This document shows, piece after piece, positions 22,641 through 35,800 of a DNA stretch of 55,867 bases. Source of the DNA: Nemertoderma westbladi (taxonomy: Eukaryota; Animalia; Xenacoelomorpha). Both the position numbers and the translations under genes were made by a program. The stretch spans positions 1 through 55,867 of the forward strand of contig JAUCBJ010000800.1 of NCBI GenBank assembly GCA_032718475.1, read 5' to 3'. Numbering within the stretch: position 1 is the first letter of the stretch; every line of letters starts with the position of its first letter. The notes beneath the pieces were generated by a model. It was not told the DNA's origin, searched no databases, and worked only from the letters and a program-made list of their open reading frames with translations.

Positions 22641-25600
22641 ATCCAAATAAATAAAAATAATTAATTGAAATTACCAGTACAAAAAATTTCAAAATTTTTG
22701 ATAGAATGTTCTAGAACAAAAACCGAATACACTCAATTCTAAAAATAAAATGCAACTATAAAATTACATAGCAAACGTTTCTAGAACGAAGAATATCCAT
22801 GGGCACTGTTAAGCGGCGCGAGCCGGGTCGTCTGCTTAGATATTTTACTACTATACGACTCCGACAAATCGCTTGCTCCTTTCTCTATTGATTGCTCAAC
22901 AGAGAGCTAAATGTTCGAATCTATGAGCCATGCAGGAATAACCAAAACAATCTAACAAATAACCTGAATCGGCTTCCTAAGCTACTTAAAATGAGTGCGG
23001 GTGGTCTAACACTCGGTGTTCACTTATCACAGAAACACTGGAATTTACAGGGCGGATTTTGTCGAATGTGAGAATATTTTAATATTTAATAATGGAATAA
23101 ATCTATTTATTTTCTTAATGTCGAAACTTGGCCTGCTGCTAGCTTTAGACCAGCAAATTTACTACTGTATACTGGATACTGCTGTCAGCCCGTTGCCCCG
23201 CTATTTTCAAATAACTGCCTAGCGTGCATAGTCTACGGTATTCTAAAACAATTACCTAAACTACTCTCCGCTATGCTGCGTACAAATTCTTTATTTTATT
23301 TTAACATCGCTAAATTAATTACAGTGCCATAAATACGAATTTGCGTAATGATTACTAGGTATTCCAGAATACGTACTTCTAATTTATTACGTACTGGGTT
23401 GTACTAGCAACAGCCTAAATACTGTATTATTTTGACCTAATCAGCAATTAATAAGCATAAGTTAAGAAATGGAAAGCAATCAAGGAAAACAGCGCCTATC
23501 TAAGCATTCACATTCAAGAATCAGGCACTCTTTAGCAACACAACATAAATAGCATAACAATAAGCTAGTAGTACGGCAGATAGCGCTAGCAGCGCCAGTC
23601 AGCTAGTGTACTAAAACACCCGTACGTTAGTATATCAGCATACTAGTATATCAGTGAAAAAGACGCAGGCCACCCAAAGCCACACCTAGGCCTACTAATT
23701 AAAACCCCAATTCTACCCTCTAATGCTATAGGTTGAGACGAAACCTTGATCATCAGCCCCCAAATACTGTACTGACGACCGGTCCTGGTCCTTAACTGAT
23801 TAGCCCGACCGCAACGGTGGCCCCCCGCCAGCGTTGCCCCACATTGGATCCTCCGCACTTCCCTCCGTCGCTTCCCTGGTGCACCAGCCGCGCCTACCGG
23901 TACCTTAGCCCTCCATGCTAAAACAAATAGCTACCGTATCGGTGCATGCGTTCGCAAACAGTCTGACAGTCTAAAAGAAATCCCGCAAGGATTATCACAT
24001 CTCAATTACATAGAAATCAACAGTCAAATGCAGAAATCATTATTCGAGATTGTAATTAAGAAGTAATCAAAGAATCAGCATCAAGGATTTACATAATATG
24101 AAGAAAAGAAATTGCAAAGAATTGTACAGAAAACTAAGACAGGTATACTGAAGCAGAATAATCGTATGACCGTATAACATTAAGCAGTGTGAGGTGCGCA
24201 CATACCGGAACACGGCCAATTTATAGCTGACGAAATAGGTATGACGCAATAATCGTCTCATTAGTCCAGCAAACCATGCCACCATTAGACTAACCTAAAA
24301 CAGCTGGGCCAATGGGGAAGCCGGGTTGTGATCCCTTTCCCCCCTATTTCACAAATTATTACCATATATGGTAATGAATTCTGTCCCGGTGGGCTTATAG
24401 GTTGCTGGCCGTAACATTAATTTTGCAATTATTAAAGCACATTAAGTATAATTCGATATAAAGCCAATTTAGGGAGAAATATAAAAGGAAATTAACACAA
24501 ATACACAATTAATTCAGTCAATATTGATAAACAGCAAATTCGTACTAAGGTTTTCTAAGAGTTTGCCACCATAAATGTTATTTACTAAGATTTTATTATA
24601 AAATTACATACGCAAACTACATACAGTACAAAAACGGATGAAATATAAACTTGGATATTTTATTGTCCCTATCTAATCACGGCTGTACATCATTATGACT
24701 TATCTAAAATACTTTATACTGTATAATAGGCTGCTTCAGGACACAGCGCCATATATCGTAACAGACACAGCAATCAATGTTGAATAATGAAACAATGTAT
24801 TATTAAAAGTAAATAGATAGTTAAATTGTTATTACAGAGAACATATTCCAGAGACCATGACAAACATGGATATATTTATTCTGTTAGTGTTAGTATTTAA
24901 TTACATACTAATGCACTGTAGTTTCTTGCTACATTTGATTATGAAATTAAGATACAAAATTTAAGTAGTAAAGATGAATTAATTATAAATTATAGTTAAA
25001 CCTAACTACCGTAATTCAGCCCCACCAATTATAAATAAAGATGACGTGTTGCGCGGCCCGGCCTTGCTCAGCTAGTAGAGATACACAGTTTACTATACAA
25101 TACTACAGATATACACGCGTAAACCAGTGCATAATGCCTATGCTAATTCTGAAGTTTTCTGGGTTGCAAGGCCTGTTATGTAGAAAAGGTCGCCTGAGTA
25201 TACTGTAAGAGTGCTACGGTAGGCCTATGTATACTAGAGTTCTTCGGTTAAGTAAAAAAGTTAGCTATTAGTTTGTGAGCAATACCTCGTATGCGTAGCT
25301 ATCTAGTTTGTTTCGGATAATATTGTATTGTAAAGTATCGAAGGCTATTTGATAACTTTCCAACAATGGAATGAAATAACCACAACTTTGGATTGCATTC
25401 AGTAGTCACAATAATGTCGCCTTCAAACGACACGGGATTTAGAGAAAAATGTGTCGGGATTGAATAAGTGCTGAAGATGACTCTTTTACTCTTAAATTGT
25501 TAATTTTTCGGCTCGAATATACCCTAATATCGGAAGAAAATAAAAATAATAAAATAATTGCCTATACCATACTTTCTGCTGTTATATTTCACATTGCAGT

Positions 25601-25839
25601 ATACCCCCACCCGGAGCCCCTTGTGAACAATACCAGGTTTTCACTAAAAGACAATTTAAAAGACACATTCAATGTAAAAAGGCAGTACAATAACTAAATA
25701 AGTTAATTTATAATAGTGGAGTGATAATAATATAATAGAAGGGGTGAATATAACCAAAACAATAAACGAATTAGTATCTGTACAGATTATAAAATAAGAT
25801 ATAAATAAGATAAATTACCACCCACCGCTCCCTTAATTA

Positions 25840-27340
25840 AATTGATAATTAAATTTAGGCCACCAATTAAATTCATCCCAAAATTGATGAAAATTTCTCC
25901 CAAAAAATTATATTACACCAATTTAAATAATGTGACCCCAAAAAATTATTCAACACCAAATAAAATAAAGTCATCCCAAATAAAATTATTCCCAAAACAA
26001 ATTTTTCAACACCAAAAACAATTATTCACTACCAAAATAAATAAATGCTCCCCAAAACCAATTATTAGCACCAAATTAAATGACAAAACCCCCAAAATAA
26101 TTACAAATTTTCCCAAAAGAAATACATTTTCGCCCAAAATAAATACATTTTCCCCCAAAACAAATACATTTTCCCCCAAAACAAATACAATTTTCCCCAA
26201 AACAAATACATTTTCGCACAAAAACAAATACTTTTTCGCCCAAAATAAATACATTTTTCCCCAAAACAAATACATTTCCCCCAAAATAAAAATATATTTT
26301 CCCCCAAAATAAAAATACATTTTCCCCCAAAACAAATACATTTTCGCCCAAAATAAATACATAATCTCCCAAAATAAATACTACTGCAGCAATAGGCCTA
26401 GCACTTCCTTGAAGTTAGACAAAAACTTCGAGACAGGGGGGGGGGGGGCAACTGGACCTAAAACCCGTCTTGGCGAATTAATATCCCGCCTCAAAGGAGC
26501 AGATTAAAGTGGCACGTTATTTTAACCAAAACAATAAACTAAGCACAATAGAACAGGTTACAGTTTTATTTTTGAGAATAATCAGCTGTTTATTTTATTG
26601 ATTGATCATTTTATTGCGTCCAGTTACCCCCCCCCCCCCCCCCCCCCCTACTGAAACCTAATAACAGAATAAGTAATAGACCATAGGTAATAATAGATAG
26701 GCACTAGGTCTATCGGTGCGAATACTGAAACTGAAGTAGGCCTAATACTGTAGGTATATCGGTGCGAAACCTAATAACAGAATACGTTGTACGAATACTG
26801 TAACTGAAGCATGGCAACTGGGCTAAGCGTAGTTAATATAAAATATTTGGTGCTGGAATAATTTCTTTAGGTTGACAAGTAATTATTTTTGGGGGCTGAA
26901 TAATTGTTTTTGGGGGTAGAATAATTGTTTTTTGGGGGATGAATAATTGTTTTTGGGGAATGAATAATTGTTTTGGGGGGAAGAATAATTGTTTTTGGGG
27001 GATGAATAATTGTTTTTGGGGGATGAATAATTGTTTTTGGGGGATGAATAATTGTTTTTGGGGAATCAACAATTGTTTTGGGGCGATTAATAATTGTTTT
27101 TGGGGGATGAATAATTGTTTTTGGGGGATGAATAATTGTTTTTGGGGAATCAATAATTGTATTTCGGGGATTAATAATTGTTTTTGGGGAATTAATAATT
27201 GTTTTTTGTGAGAGGGATATTCAAAATTGGGGGATGTGAATTGGTGCTACAAAAAAATATATTTGGTGCAAAATAATTTATTTTGGTGTTAAATCATCTA
27301 ATTTGGGGTGGCATTCAATTAGTGGCGTTAAATTGATTGC
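25840..27340. repeat. Foldback-like element with opposed 21-bp minisatellite arms
   Basis: Left arm has aaaacaaatacattttccccc units (~26110-26380); right arm has ggggatgaataattgtttttg units (~26880-27210); outer flanks show diverged inverted similarity. Confidence 0.75.
26433..26653. mobile_element. Small TIR element inside the foldback spacer
   Basis: cag(g)n caactggac ... gtccagtta(c)n tactg inverted ends. Confidence 0.55.
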
Positions 27341-28539
27341 CTGCAACGTCGCCTGTAGAAGACCTACAAGGATTACTGAATAAAAATATGTAGTTGATGA
27401 GTGTGATATTGATTGTAGGGCCTTATCGCCCCTGGGGAACTTATCGCCCCTGGTAACTAATCGCCACTTTGACAAATATGGATATTTGCTGTTCTGCATT
27501 AAGCCACTCACCAAAGCTCGGTCTCACGTGGGTAAATACGGTCCCACGTGGGTAAATACGGTTTCTGAAAGGCGGTTGTGATGTGAAATCCTTCAACTAG
27601 GTTCGTAATCTTTGGACCATCGTTCATCCATTGATACCACGAATTCGAATCGTACAATAACTGATAAGTAACAATCAAATCTTATTTATAGCCATTGTGA
27701 CAAATAGGCCTATGAATTTTGAATGGGAGAAACGTTTAGGCTGACTAAGCCATGGAAAGAAAGGCTGTTCACCTCAAGTGTGAAAAATGGAAAAAACTTA
27801 ATAAATCCGAATGTATTCAATTTATCTTAATGTCCACTACAACCACATGGTTATATTACTGTGGAATAACTAATTAACGCTTCATCTAACAACATGACGT
27901 TAGGTATATGGTACAGTACACATCTGTCATAGGGCTGGCTTACTAATATTTATATTATACAACTCCTCACATCAATGTCAGAATGTAGGATATATTATAT
28001 TAACACAATGATGTGATGTTGCGAAGGGGGTCGGGGGGGGGGGGGGGGGTAATTCATCATACATCATCTGATTTATTCACAGGTTATGTATGGTTAGGTC
28101 TTAGGTCCGGTACAGTAAAGCTGTAGAATTTTAAAACAATAGCTGATTTACATTTTACAATGTTGTAATTTATAAATATTCGAACATCTATCAGTCTATA
28201 GTGGGCAAAGAACATATATATTTCTGTATCTAATTATACATGATTACATTATACAACAATCTGCAATTTGGGTACCTCGGTCCGCGGACCAGAAGGCAGT
28301 ATAATGCCGACATTTGCATAAAACTGGAACTAAATATTAAAACTTTTGAGTCAACATTTCAGAATTTGTTATTATATTTCTCCTAGAGCAGAATTTAATG
28401 GGTATTTCAAATTGAAAACGGTTTATATTTTTGTTTTCGAGTTACCACTTCTCTGTCATTCAGTCTATCGGTCAAATATAACAATGTGTTGGCAAGCTGT
28501 GTTGATACTACAATAATCGACATTGAAACTGCACATTGA

Positions 28540-29045
28540 GATGCTATGCCGGCTTAACAAAAACATTGTGTCACCAACAAGCAATTCACAATTTGGCAAT
28601 CCCAATGCAGCTTGCATTAAGTTAAGAATGCTATGCCGCCTGGTCAACAAAATTGCACCACCACAACTCCCTATCCCCCATGACTTTCGCGAGACTATCC
28701 GCATCTTCAAGGACAGTGTCCTTTAGGATGCATCTCACGAAAGTCATGGGCTGTCCACCATGCTTATTTTCTCCATAGTGCTGCCAAAGCTCAAGATTAT
28801 GCACAGGCTGGTCCTCATGGCGAAAACAATATTCTGCAAAGCAGAGGTGGCTTTGTTCTAGTATCAAGCTTTGGGGAACCATTGAGACACCTCCACTGTT
28901 ATAGTGTCTGGTTGGAGATGTGTGCAATGTACTTGACACAGTGAACCCGACGTAGAATGCTTGTGAATATGCTAATCAAAGATTTGGTGTCCTCAGCAGT
29001 TGTTAGAGCTCAGCATGGACTCTCATAGTGGAGTACTGGAACTAC
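28540..29045 (-). mobile_element. RTE-clade LINE 3' fragment
   Basis: Colinear with ~39530-39970; duplicated 3' terminal segment; frameshifted. Confidence 0.85.
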
Positions 29046-29299
29046 TAACATAGACTACTCCTTAGTTAAAAGTGAAAACTGACGTTTGGAATAAAATCAG
29101 CTACCAGGAAAATTCCCATAACAAATCCTTTAGCTAGGATCAATGCTTCTGTTATAATATATCCATCCATCCATCCGATCCATCCATCCATGGATATATC
29201 CGATCCATGCAACTACTAACTATTTATTTATTTTTATTATAACTTTAGTATTTCATGCTCCACCCAATCCAGATCCGATGTTATAATTTGTTAATCGCC

Positions 29300-30690
29300 C
29301 TAATTCTAAGAAAATTTTTTGCCCAACTAGGAAGAGTTAGGTGTTTAAATCTTACTAGAGCTGTTAGAGCTTATCGCATCTTCTTTCGATTAAGGTTGAC
29401 AATTCTACATTCTCACAGTTTTATCAATGTCGACAAACCACTAAGCAGTTAGTCCATACTTGTAGCATGAACAGGTTCATAATAACGAAACCTTACATTA
29501 ATTAACATCGGATAATATTTCATTATAATTTCACTCATATATAGGAAAACACAAAGCACATAATACGTAATACAATTAATTGCTGAACGGAAATTAAATA
29601 TAGTTGGAATGAGGATAATAATGGATAGCGGAACAGAAAGTAACATTTCAAGCAGAACAAACCAAATTAGGTATTTCTTCTAATTCAATCATTTCTAGAG
29701 AACATCAAAACCTCCAAATAATTGAGCCCACAATCTATAATGTCTCTGTAAATGACACTGTATGATATTGCACGGGAATCAGGAAACCTATTAATATTAT
29801 TAGGCCTACACCTTTTTTACACATTAAAATCTCGGTACCCAACACTTTGACTCAATCACAGAGGGAATCAATGATTTGGTCATGTTCATTTTCAAATAAC
29901 ATCAATAGCAAATAACCAATCAATAATTTAGGTGGTGTAGTGATAAAATTATATTATTTAATTACACCATGAAATTGGTAAAATTTGTAGTCTTAAAACT
30001 ATAAAATAGATTAAAATAAATTAAATTAAAATGAGTATTATGAAAGCAAAATATTTTGCTGCCCCTCACAAGTCTTAAGTAATCTCGCCTTTGGCCCTCT
30101 GAGTAATGTTCTTTGTGTTGCACGTGCAGTCAGTTAGGTGGTACCTGGTTGCAACGCCCCCGCAAAGCGTGCAAATACAGGATGAGTCCGGTTGGTGATA
30201 AGATTTATTTGTACATATTTTAAAATGGAATCCGTGCATCGAAAACCTCGTGGTTATATGGCTACTTGAACTTTTTGGAGCACCCAGGTCCTCGAAATAA
30301 AGGCCGGAGAGTTCCAGAATTCAGTTGGTATCTTCTGATCGACTTCAGCTCGATATTTAAGGAGAGAATCTGTTACCGGGAGTAGTGATAAAAAGCATGA
30401 TAGACAGCAAATCTTAAATGGATTGAACGATAATTAAATAATTAATACTTAAACAAAGAGAGCTTACTTAATGTCACACAGACAACACCAAATGATATAG
30501 TGATAAATATTGAACACAGTTAAACAATAACAGGATTTGTTTGCTCAGGTTGTAAATTATTTCTACATTTCTACAGCTCTAACGTCTACATTACTTCGCT
30601 TTTGAATACAGCGCTGTAAAGGGATATTAAATAATGATCCTTCCAAAGTTATAACATAACAACAATAATGTTTAAATTTTTGAATAAACA
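29300..30690. repeat. Local duplicated segment, copy 1 (3' flank of CRAL-TRIO paralogue B)
   Basis: ~29300-29950 matches ~38955-39504 plus 40559-40630; ~30430-30685 matches ~40675-40925. Confidence 0.9.
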
Positions 30691-30772
30691 GTTTATCGCG
30701 GTATACCTTTACAGTTGTGTATGATCACAAGATTAAACATAAAAGAACAAGGTCTCAAAGACAACAGGTTTT

Positions 30773-31564
30773 TTAATTGTTATTGTTTTTTTCAACCAAA
30801 GACTCATCACCTCCTTCCGGTAATATCTCACTCAACTTTCCCATCAACTTGACCAGCTGATCGTCCCCAATGTAATCCCGAAGCTCAGAACGACCCACAA
30901 ACTGCACATCAGAGACGTACTCTTCCCAAATTACTTTCTTCAATATATTCCAAATGTTGTTGAAAACGTCCCTAACATCCAGGACCAGAATGTATTCCAG
31001 CCAATCAGGGTAGTACAACTTGCGACAATCGTACATGAACCGACACAACTCGTAATCGAAATTCCCGATTCCCGCTCCTTCCATGTCCACCATCATCGTC
31101 ATCCTCCCACCCGTCAGGTTTTCTTTCGAGAATTGCTTTTCCAGAACATAAACGAATTGACGTTTTGCCTCTTCGGTTCGCTTCTTGCTGTGCATTCTGT
31201 ATTTCATGGCGCATATTCCGTTCCCATAGACGTCGACACATCCCAAAGTGAACGGTCCATTATTGGCATTCGCGTCATTGATGACATTCATGACTCCGAA
31301 TTCTTTACGCCACAATAAACTCAATTGGATATGTAGAGCGGTCTCATTCACCAAATCTTTGGACTGATGGTTGTGGCGGATATATCGCCACACCCAATTG
31401 TTATTCTTTCGAATATCATCTATATCTTCCTCGTAAAAGGCACCATCCTTCAACCCCTTCATGTAATCTTTTAGAAACGTATTGCGGACCTTCCCAATTA
31501 GCTCGAGATGTTCCTTAGACAATGGGTCCTTTGGAATGATATTTGGCGATGAAAAGACAGACAT
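30773..31564 (-). CDS. Intronless CRAL-TRIO (Sec14-like) lipid-binding protein, MOSPD2 N-terminus-like, paralogue B
   Basis: 263-aa intact ORF, colinear with 11390-12154 (offset 19410), with the same CRAL-TRIO motifs. Confidence 0.88.
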   Translation of the reverse strand: MSVFSSPNIIPKDPLSKEHLELIGKVRNTFLKDYMKGLKDGAFYEEDIDDIRKNNNWVWRYIRHNHQSKDLVNETALHIQLSLLWRKEFGVMNVINDANANNGPFTLGCVDVYGNGICAMKYRMHSKKRTEEAKRQFVYVLEKQFSKENLTGGRMTMMVDMEGAGIGNFDYELCRFMYDCRKLYYPDWLEYILVLDVRDVFNNIWNILKKVIWEEYVSDVQFVGRSELRDYIGDDQLVKLMGKLSEILPEGGDESLVEKNNNN

Positions 31565-31924
31565 GGTTTCCTTGTATCGTTAACTCGCTAACATTAATTC
31601 TCGATACAATCTTAATTTTGATCTGACATTTACAAATTCATTTTATACTTGACGTGGCATACACTTAACCAACCACAGATGCGGAAAATATTTTGAGAAA
31701 AACAAGATGGCATTAAGATGACCTCACCACGAAATATCATTTTTTATGGACTTCCTTTCGCAGCTTTAAACTCTATGGAGGCATTAATTAAAATGTTCTG
31801 CAACTTCTTCCAAGAAACTACAAGGTTTTACGAGAGAAATGCTTATCTTGTAAATAGAAAGCTGACATTTATATAGAATGAATCGAATAGTCATGGAATA
31901 CTTATTGACATAGAGCCACATTTC

Positions 31925-32521
31925 ATGGTAACCTTTGAGATCACCTATACTTTATGATGATATTGTGTAGGCAATGTGGTGAGTATGGTAACCTTAGAGA
32001 TCACCTATATTTTATGATGAGATTGTGTAGGCAATGTGGTGAGTATGGTAACCTTAGAGATCACCTATACTTTATGATGATATTGTGTAGGCAATGTGGT
32101 GAGTATGGTAACCTTTGAGATCACCTATATTTTATGATGATATTGTGTTGGCAATGTGGTGAGTATGGTAACCTTTGAGATCACCTATATTTTATGATGA
32201 TATTGTGTTGGCAATGTGGTGAGTATGGTAACCTTTGAGATCACCTATATTTTATGATGATATTGTGTAGGCAATGTGGTGAGTATGGTAACCTTAGAGA
32301 TCACCTATATTTTATGATGATATTGTGTAGGCAATGTGGTGAGTATGGTAACCTTTGAGATCACCTATATTTTATGATGAGATTGTGTTGGCAATGTGGT
32401 GAGTATGGTAACCTTTGAGATCACCTATATTTTATGATGACATTGTCGAGGCAATGTGGTGAGTATGGTAACCTTTGAGATCACCTATATTTTATGATGA
32501 TTTGTGTAGGCAATGTGGTGA
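31925..32521. repeat. 60-bp minisatellite, about 10 copies
   Basis: Unit atggtaacctttgagatcacctatattttatgatgatattgtgtaggcaatgtggtgagt repeats in exact register with the 60-nt lines and has few variant sites. Confidence 0.97.
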
Positions 32522-32859
32522 ATAAAATTGAATTTAAAACACAATTTAGGGTTGTCATGGAACCATTGGTTATTGATAAATTGTATTTTTCGGATATAAT
32601 CGACAGAGACAAACAGAAGACGACAATCGACAACCGACAGAAGCCTCCCTTCGGCAACTGAAAATAGATAGTCCACAACAACAGCATATAACCGACAGAA
32701 TAGCCTCTGACAACAGACAACCAATAATGGACAGAGCCAACTAAAAACAGGCAACAGAAATATGAAATATTATTTTGAATATATTATACTGTGTCTCATT
32801 TTTTACAGCGAAATACGGCATTATTTTAAGGCAATAAATTCAATCTGGAACTTTTACGT

Positions 32860-35800
32860 CCATACGGGCGCAATTATAGAATATAATGCCATCAACCCCA
32901 TTGGTGTTTTAGTAACCATAGTTATCATAGTCCTGTAATAGATCATTACCCTGTAAACCGTAAACAATCTGCACCTAGAATCTGCTGTGAACAAACAACA
33001 GAGCAGCAACTACAGTGTTACAGCAATGAAATTGATGCCAATGTTAATATCCTTCTGGGTACTGTTGACAATGTTACTAATCTGTCTACTGACCAACTAA
33101 ACCACCTCACAACTGAACTACAGGGAATTATAAATGATGCTGCTGACTTGCACCTCCCCCGGATAAAGATACACAAACGATCCAAGACTCTTAGAATTAG
33201 ATCGAGACAATTGACCCAACGCATTAAGCTTACTAGTGACTTGTATGAAATGTGGAAATGTCGAGGTAAAATTGAGGATGACTATATCCATGATGAATAT
33301 AAAGAATCGGAGCGCAACACACGGCGATTGAAAAATTGGCTCTCTAAGCATATTGTTTCCCATAGGGCAAATAAATGGGTCTACTCCTGTAGTACCAATC
33401 AGCGTAAATTTTGGAGACGATTTAAAACCAATCGTGATGATACAGTTCCACTCTCTATGCAGGCAATGCTCCGTCAACATTATGTAGATAAGTTCACTGC
33501 ACCCAATGATACCAAGGACACAAATGATGAATAACTTGAGATCACAACTATCTAGCAAGTGTGATGTTAGTATTCCACCTTCAATTTCACCACTAACAGT
33601 AAAACGAGCAATTGGTTCACTTTCCAAAAACAACTACTACTAGGTCGAGCGAACTCGGACAGTGGAAATGAGATCCTTCCAGGCTTCCCGATTCTCCATA
33701 GTTGTCGCAATTTCGTTTCTCCCAAGTTCAGTATCCCTTTCAAGTTAATCTATATATCTTATGGCCGGTCGTCCACGACTACGCTTTCCATGAGTTGGTC
33801 GCCAGAGAAGTAGATCTGGTATGACCTCGTCTTTACTTCACCAGCAGTGCCCACTGAATCTTAATCTGCGTTCACGGAGGGTGGTTGTGATATTGTACCA
33901 TGAAGCTCGGAGTTTGTCATGTGTTGTCTCCAGCTGATGTTTAGGGCTGCCCTTAGTAATCTTGTGTAGCAACCATCAATTCGTTGTTCAAGTGATTTAG
34001 TCAGTGTCCAGGTCTCACCCCCGTATAAAAATACACTTTCCACTGTGGCTCGAAAGAATTTTCCAGTCCAGTCAGTTCTTCATAAAACTTGACTGCTTGT
34101 TCTTGCTCTGAGGCATTGGTTGGACTGTAGCAACATATAACTGTTGCCTTGGGATTCCCATCAAATGTTGCGATCATAACCCTGGAATTTATAGATTCGA
34201 TGTTGTTTAGGGTGAATGGCTTAAGTGCAAATGGGCTTAGCAGAATTCCTACTCCACGAATTGATGCATTGGCCGAGTTTCTTACTGCTGAGCTTGTTAC
34301 TAACGTCCATCCATTTCCAATGTCATTGTACTTCATATGTGATAATTGAATGTACCGAAATACTGACTAACAGGGGGTTGTGATGTGTATTGGGCTTAAT
34401 GTCCTGATTCTATATTTTTTTGTAGTTAAAGGTTGTAAAACTCTAGTGTTTACCTTAAAGTTAATTGTACTTCATGGCAGTGTCTTCATGACAAATCCGA
34501 TGTTCTTGGATGCAGATGATGTCGATGTTATATTCCATTGCCAGAGCGACCATGTCATCCTGTTTGGTATGTGCTTTCAGCGTGCGTGCGTTCATTGTAG
34601 CAATCTTTAGTTGTCTTTTTACATTTCAACAGGTTGGTTATTCTTTCTTCTCTGTCTTCTGTTCCAGTAGCCAATTTATCGACCCCAGCCTGGTGTACCA
34701 CTGAGGGACGCGGTCCTTGTTGACCCGGGCGACAACCGAGTCAGTATTTCTCCTGGGGGGTTCTCATACAAAAACAAAAACAAATCACCTGACTATTCAT
34801 CAATGCAGGTGGAACATTTACTTCATGCCAATCCTGATGTTGTTTGTCCTTTCCTATGCCTAATTTTCAATACATGCATCAGACTACATATTGTCCCCAC
34901 AGTTTTTGGGAAAACAATAGTAACCAGTTTGCACAAAGGTAAGCAGCGCACTCACTATGACCCTAACTCCTACCAGCCTGTGTCGATAATATCACTGCTT
35001 GCTAAGGTTTTTGAACAACTCACTATCTCTGAATATAATGACCAACATATTAGACCCCACCCTAACCAAGTTGCGTATCAACAATATATGGGGACAGAGT
35101 TGGTAATTGGTTCTGTCTTGGAGTGTCTGCAGTATTATAAGCGCAGTGGATCACCAGTATATATTTTACAACTAGATCTAGCCTCAGCCTTTGACAATGT
35201 TGGACACTCTTTACTTTTCACTAAGCTACAAAAAGTCGTGAACCCACACATACTCCTGACACTTATGCACTATTACTCAATCAGTGAAGTCTTTCTTAAG
35301 TTTGGCAACCTAATGGATACGGACATAAATGAGAAGTCATCAAGATCCTAAGAGGAGTTAAACAAGGATCATTATTATCCAGCTGCTTGTTTAATTTTTA
35401 CACAGCGGCCATTATGGAAGAGCTCAATCTGCTAACCTGGGATGCAGAGTGAATGACATCTGGCTTGGACATCTAGCATATGCAGATGACTTTCTAATTA
35501 TGAGCACTTCTGCCAAAGACATTGAGAGAATGGCTACCATTGTGAATGAGCAGTGCAAGCGACTTAACGTGGAAATAGAACAAGGTAAATCGAAATGGAT
35601 GTGCTGGGGAAATACACTAACAAGCGAGACTACCTCTCATATTAGTGTGGCCGGACACATACTACCGGAATCCTGTAAACTCAACTTCCTTGGCTTCAAA
35701 CTTTCGAACCAAAAAACATCCTATTCAGAGTGCATCAAGTCGATTGCTTACCTATCACACGTTTTTCACGAGAACAACTGGACTGCTCGCTGGTTAAACT

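Noticed and set aside
25842-27211. ORFs with PKTNTFS / IPQKQLF repeats
   Set aside because: Produced by 21-bp minisatellites.
31925-32521. CRISPR-like array
   Set aside because: Units are contiguous near-identical 60-mers without unique spacers; no cas genes; eukaryotic context. The same applies to 12423-12657.
34650-34770. HDV-like ribozyme at the RTE 5' end
   Set aside because: A ccgcgtccctcagtgg stem-loop is suggestive, but I could not assemble P1/P2 pairings by eye; it needs an Infernal/RNArobo search.
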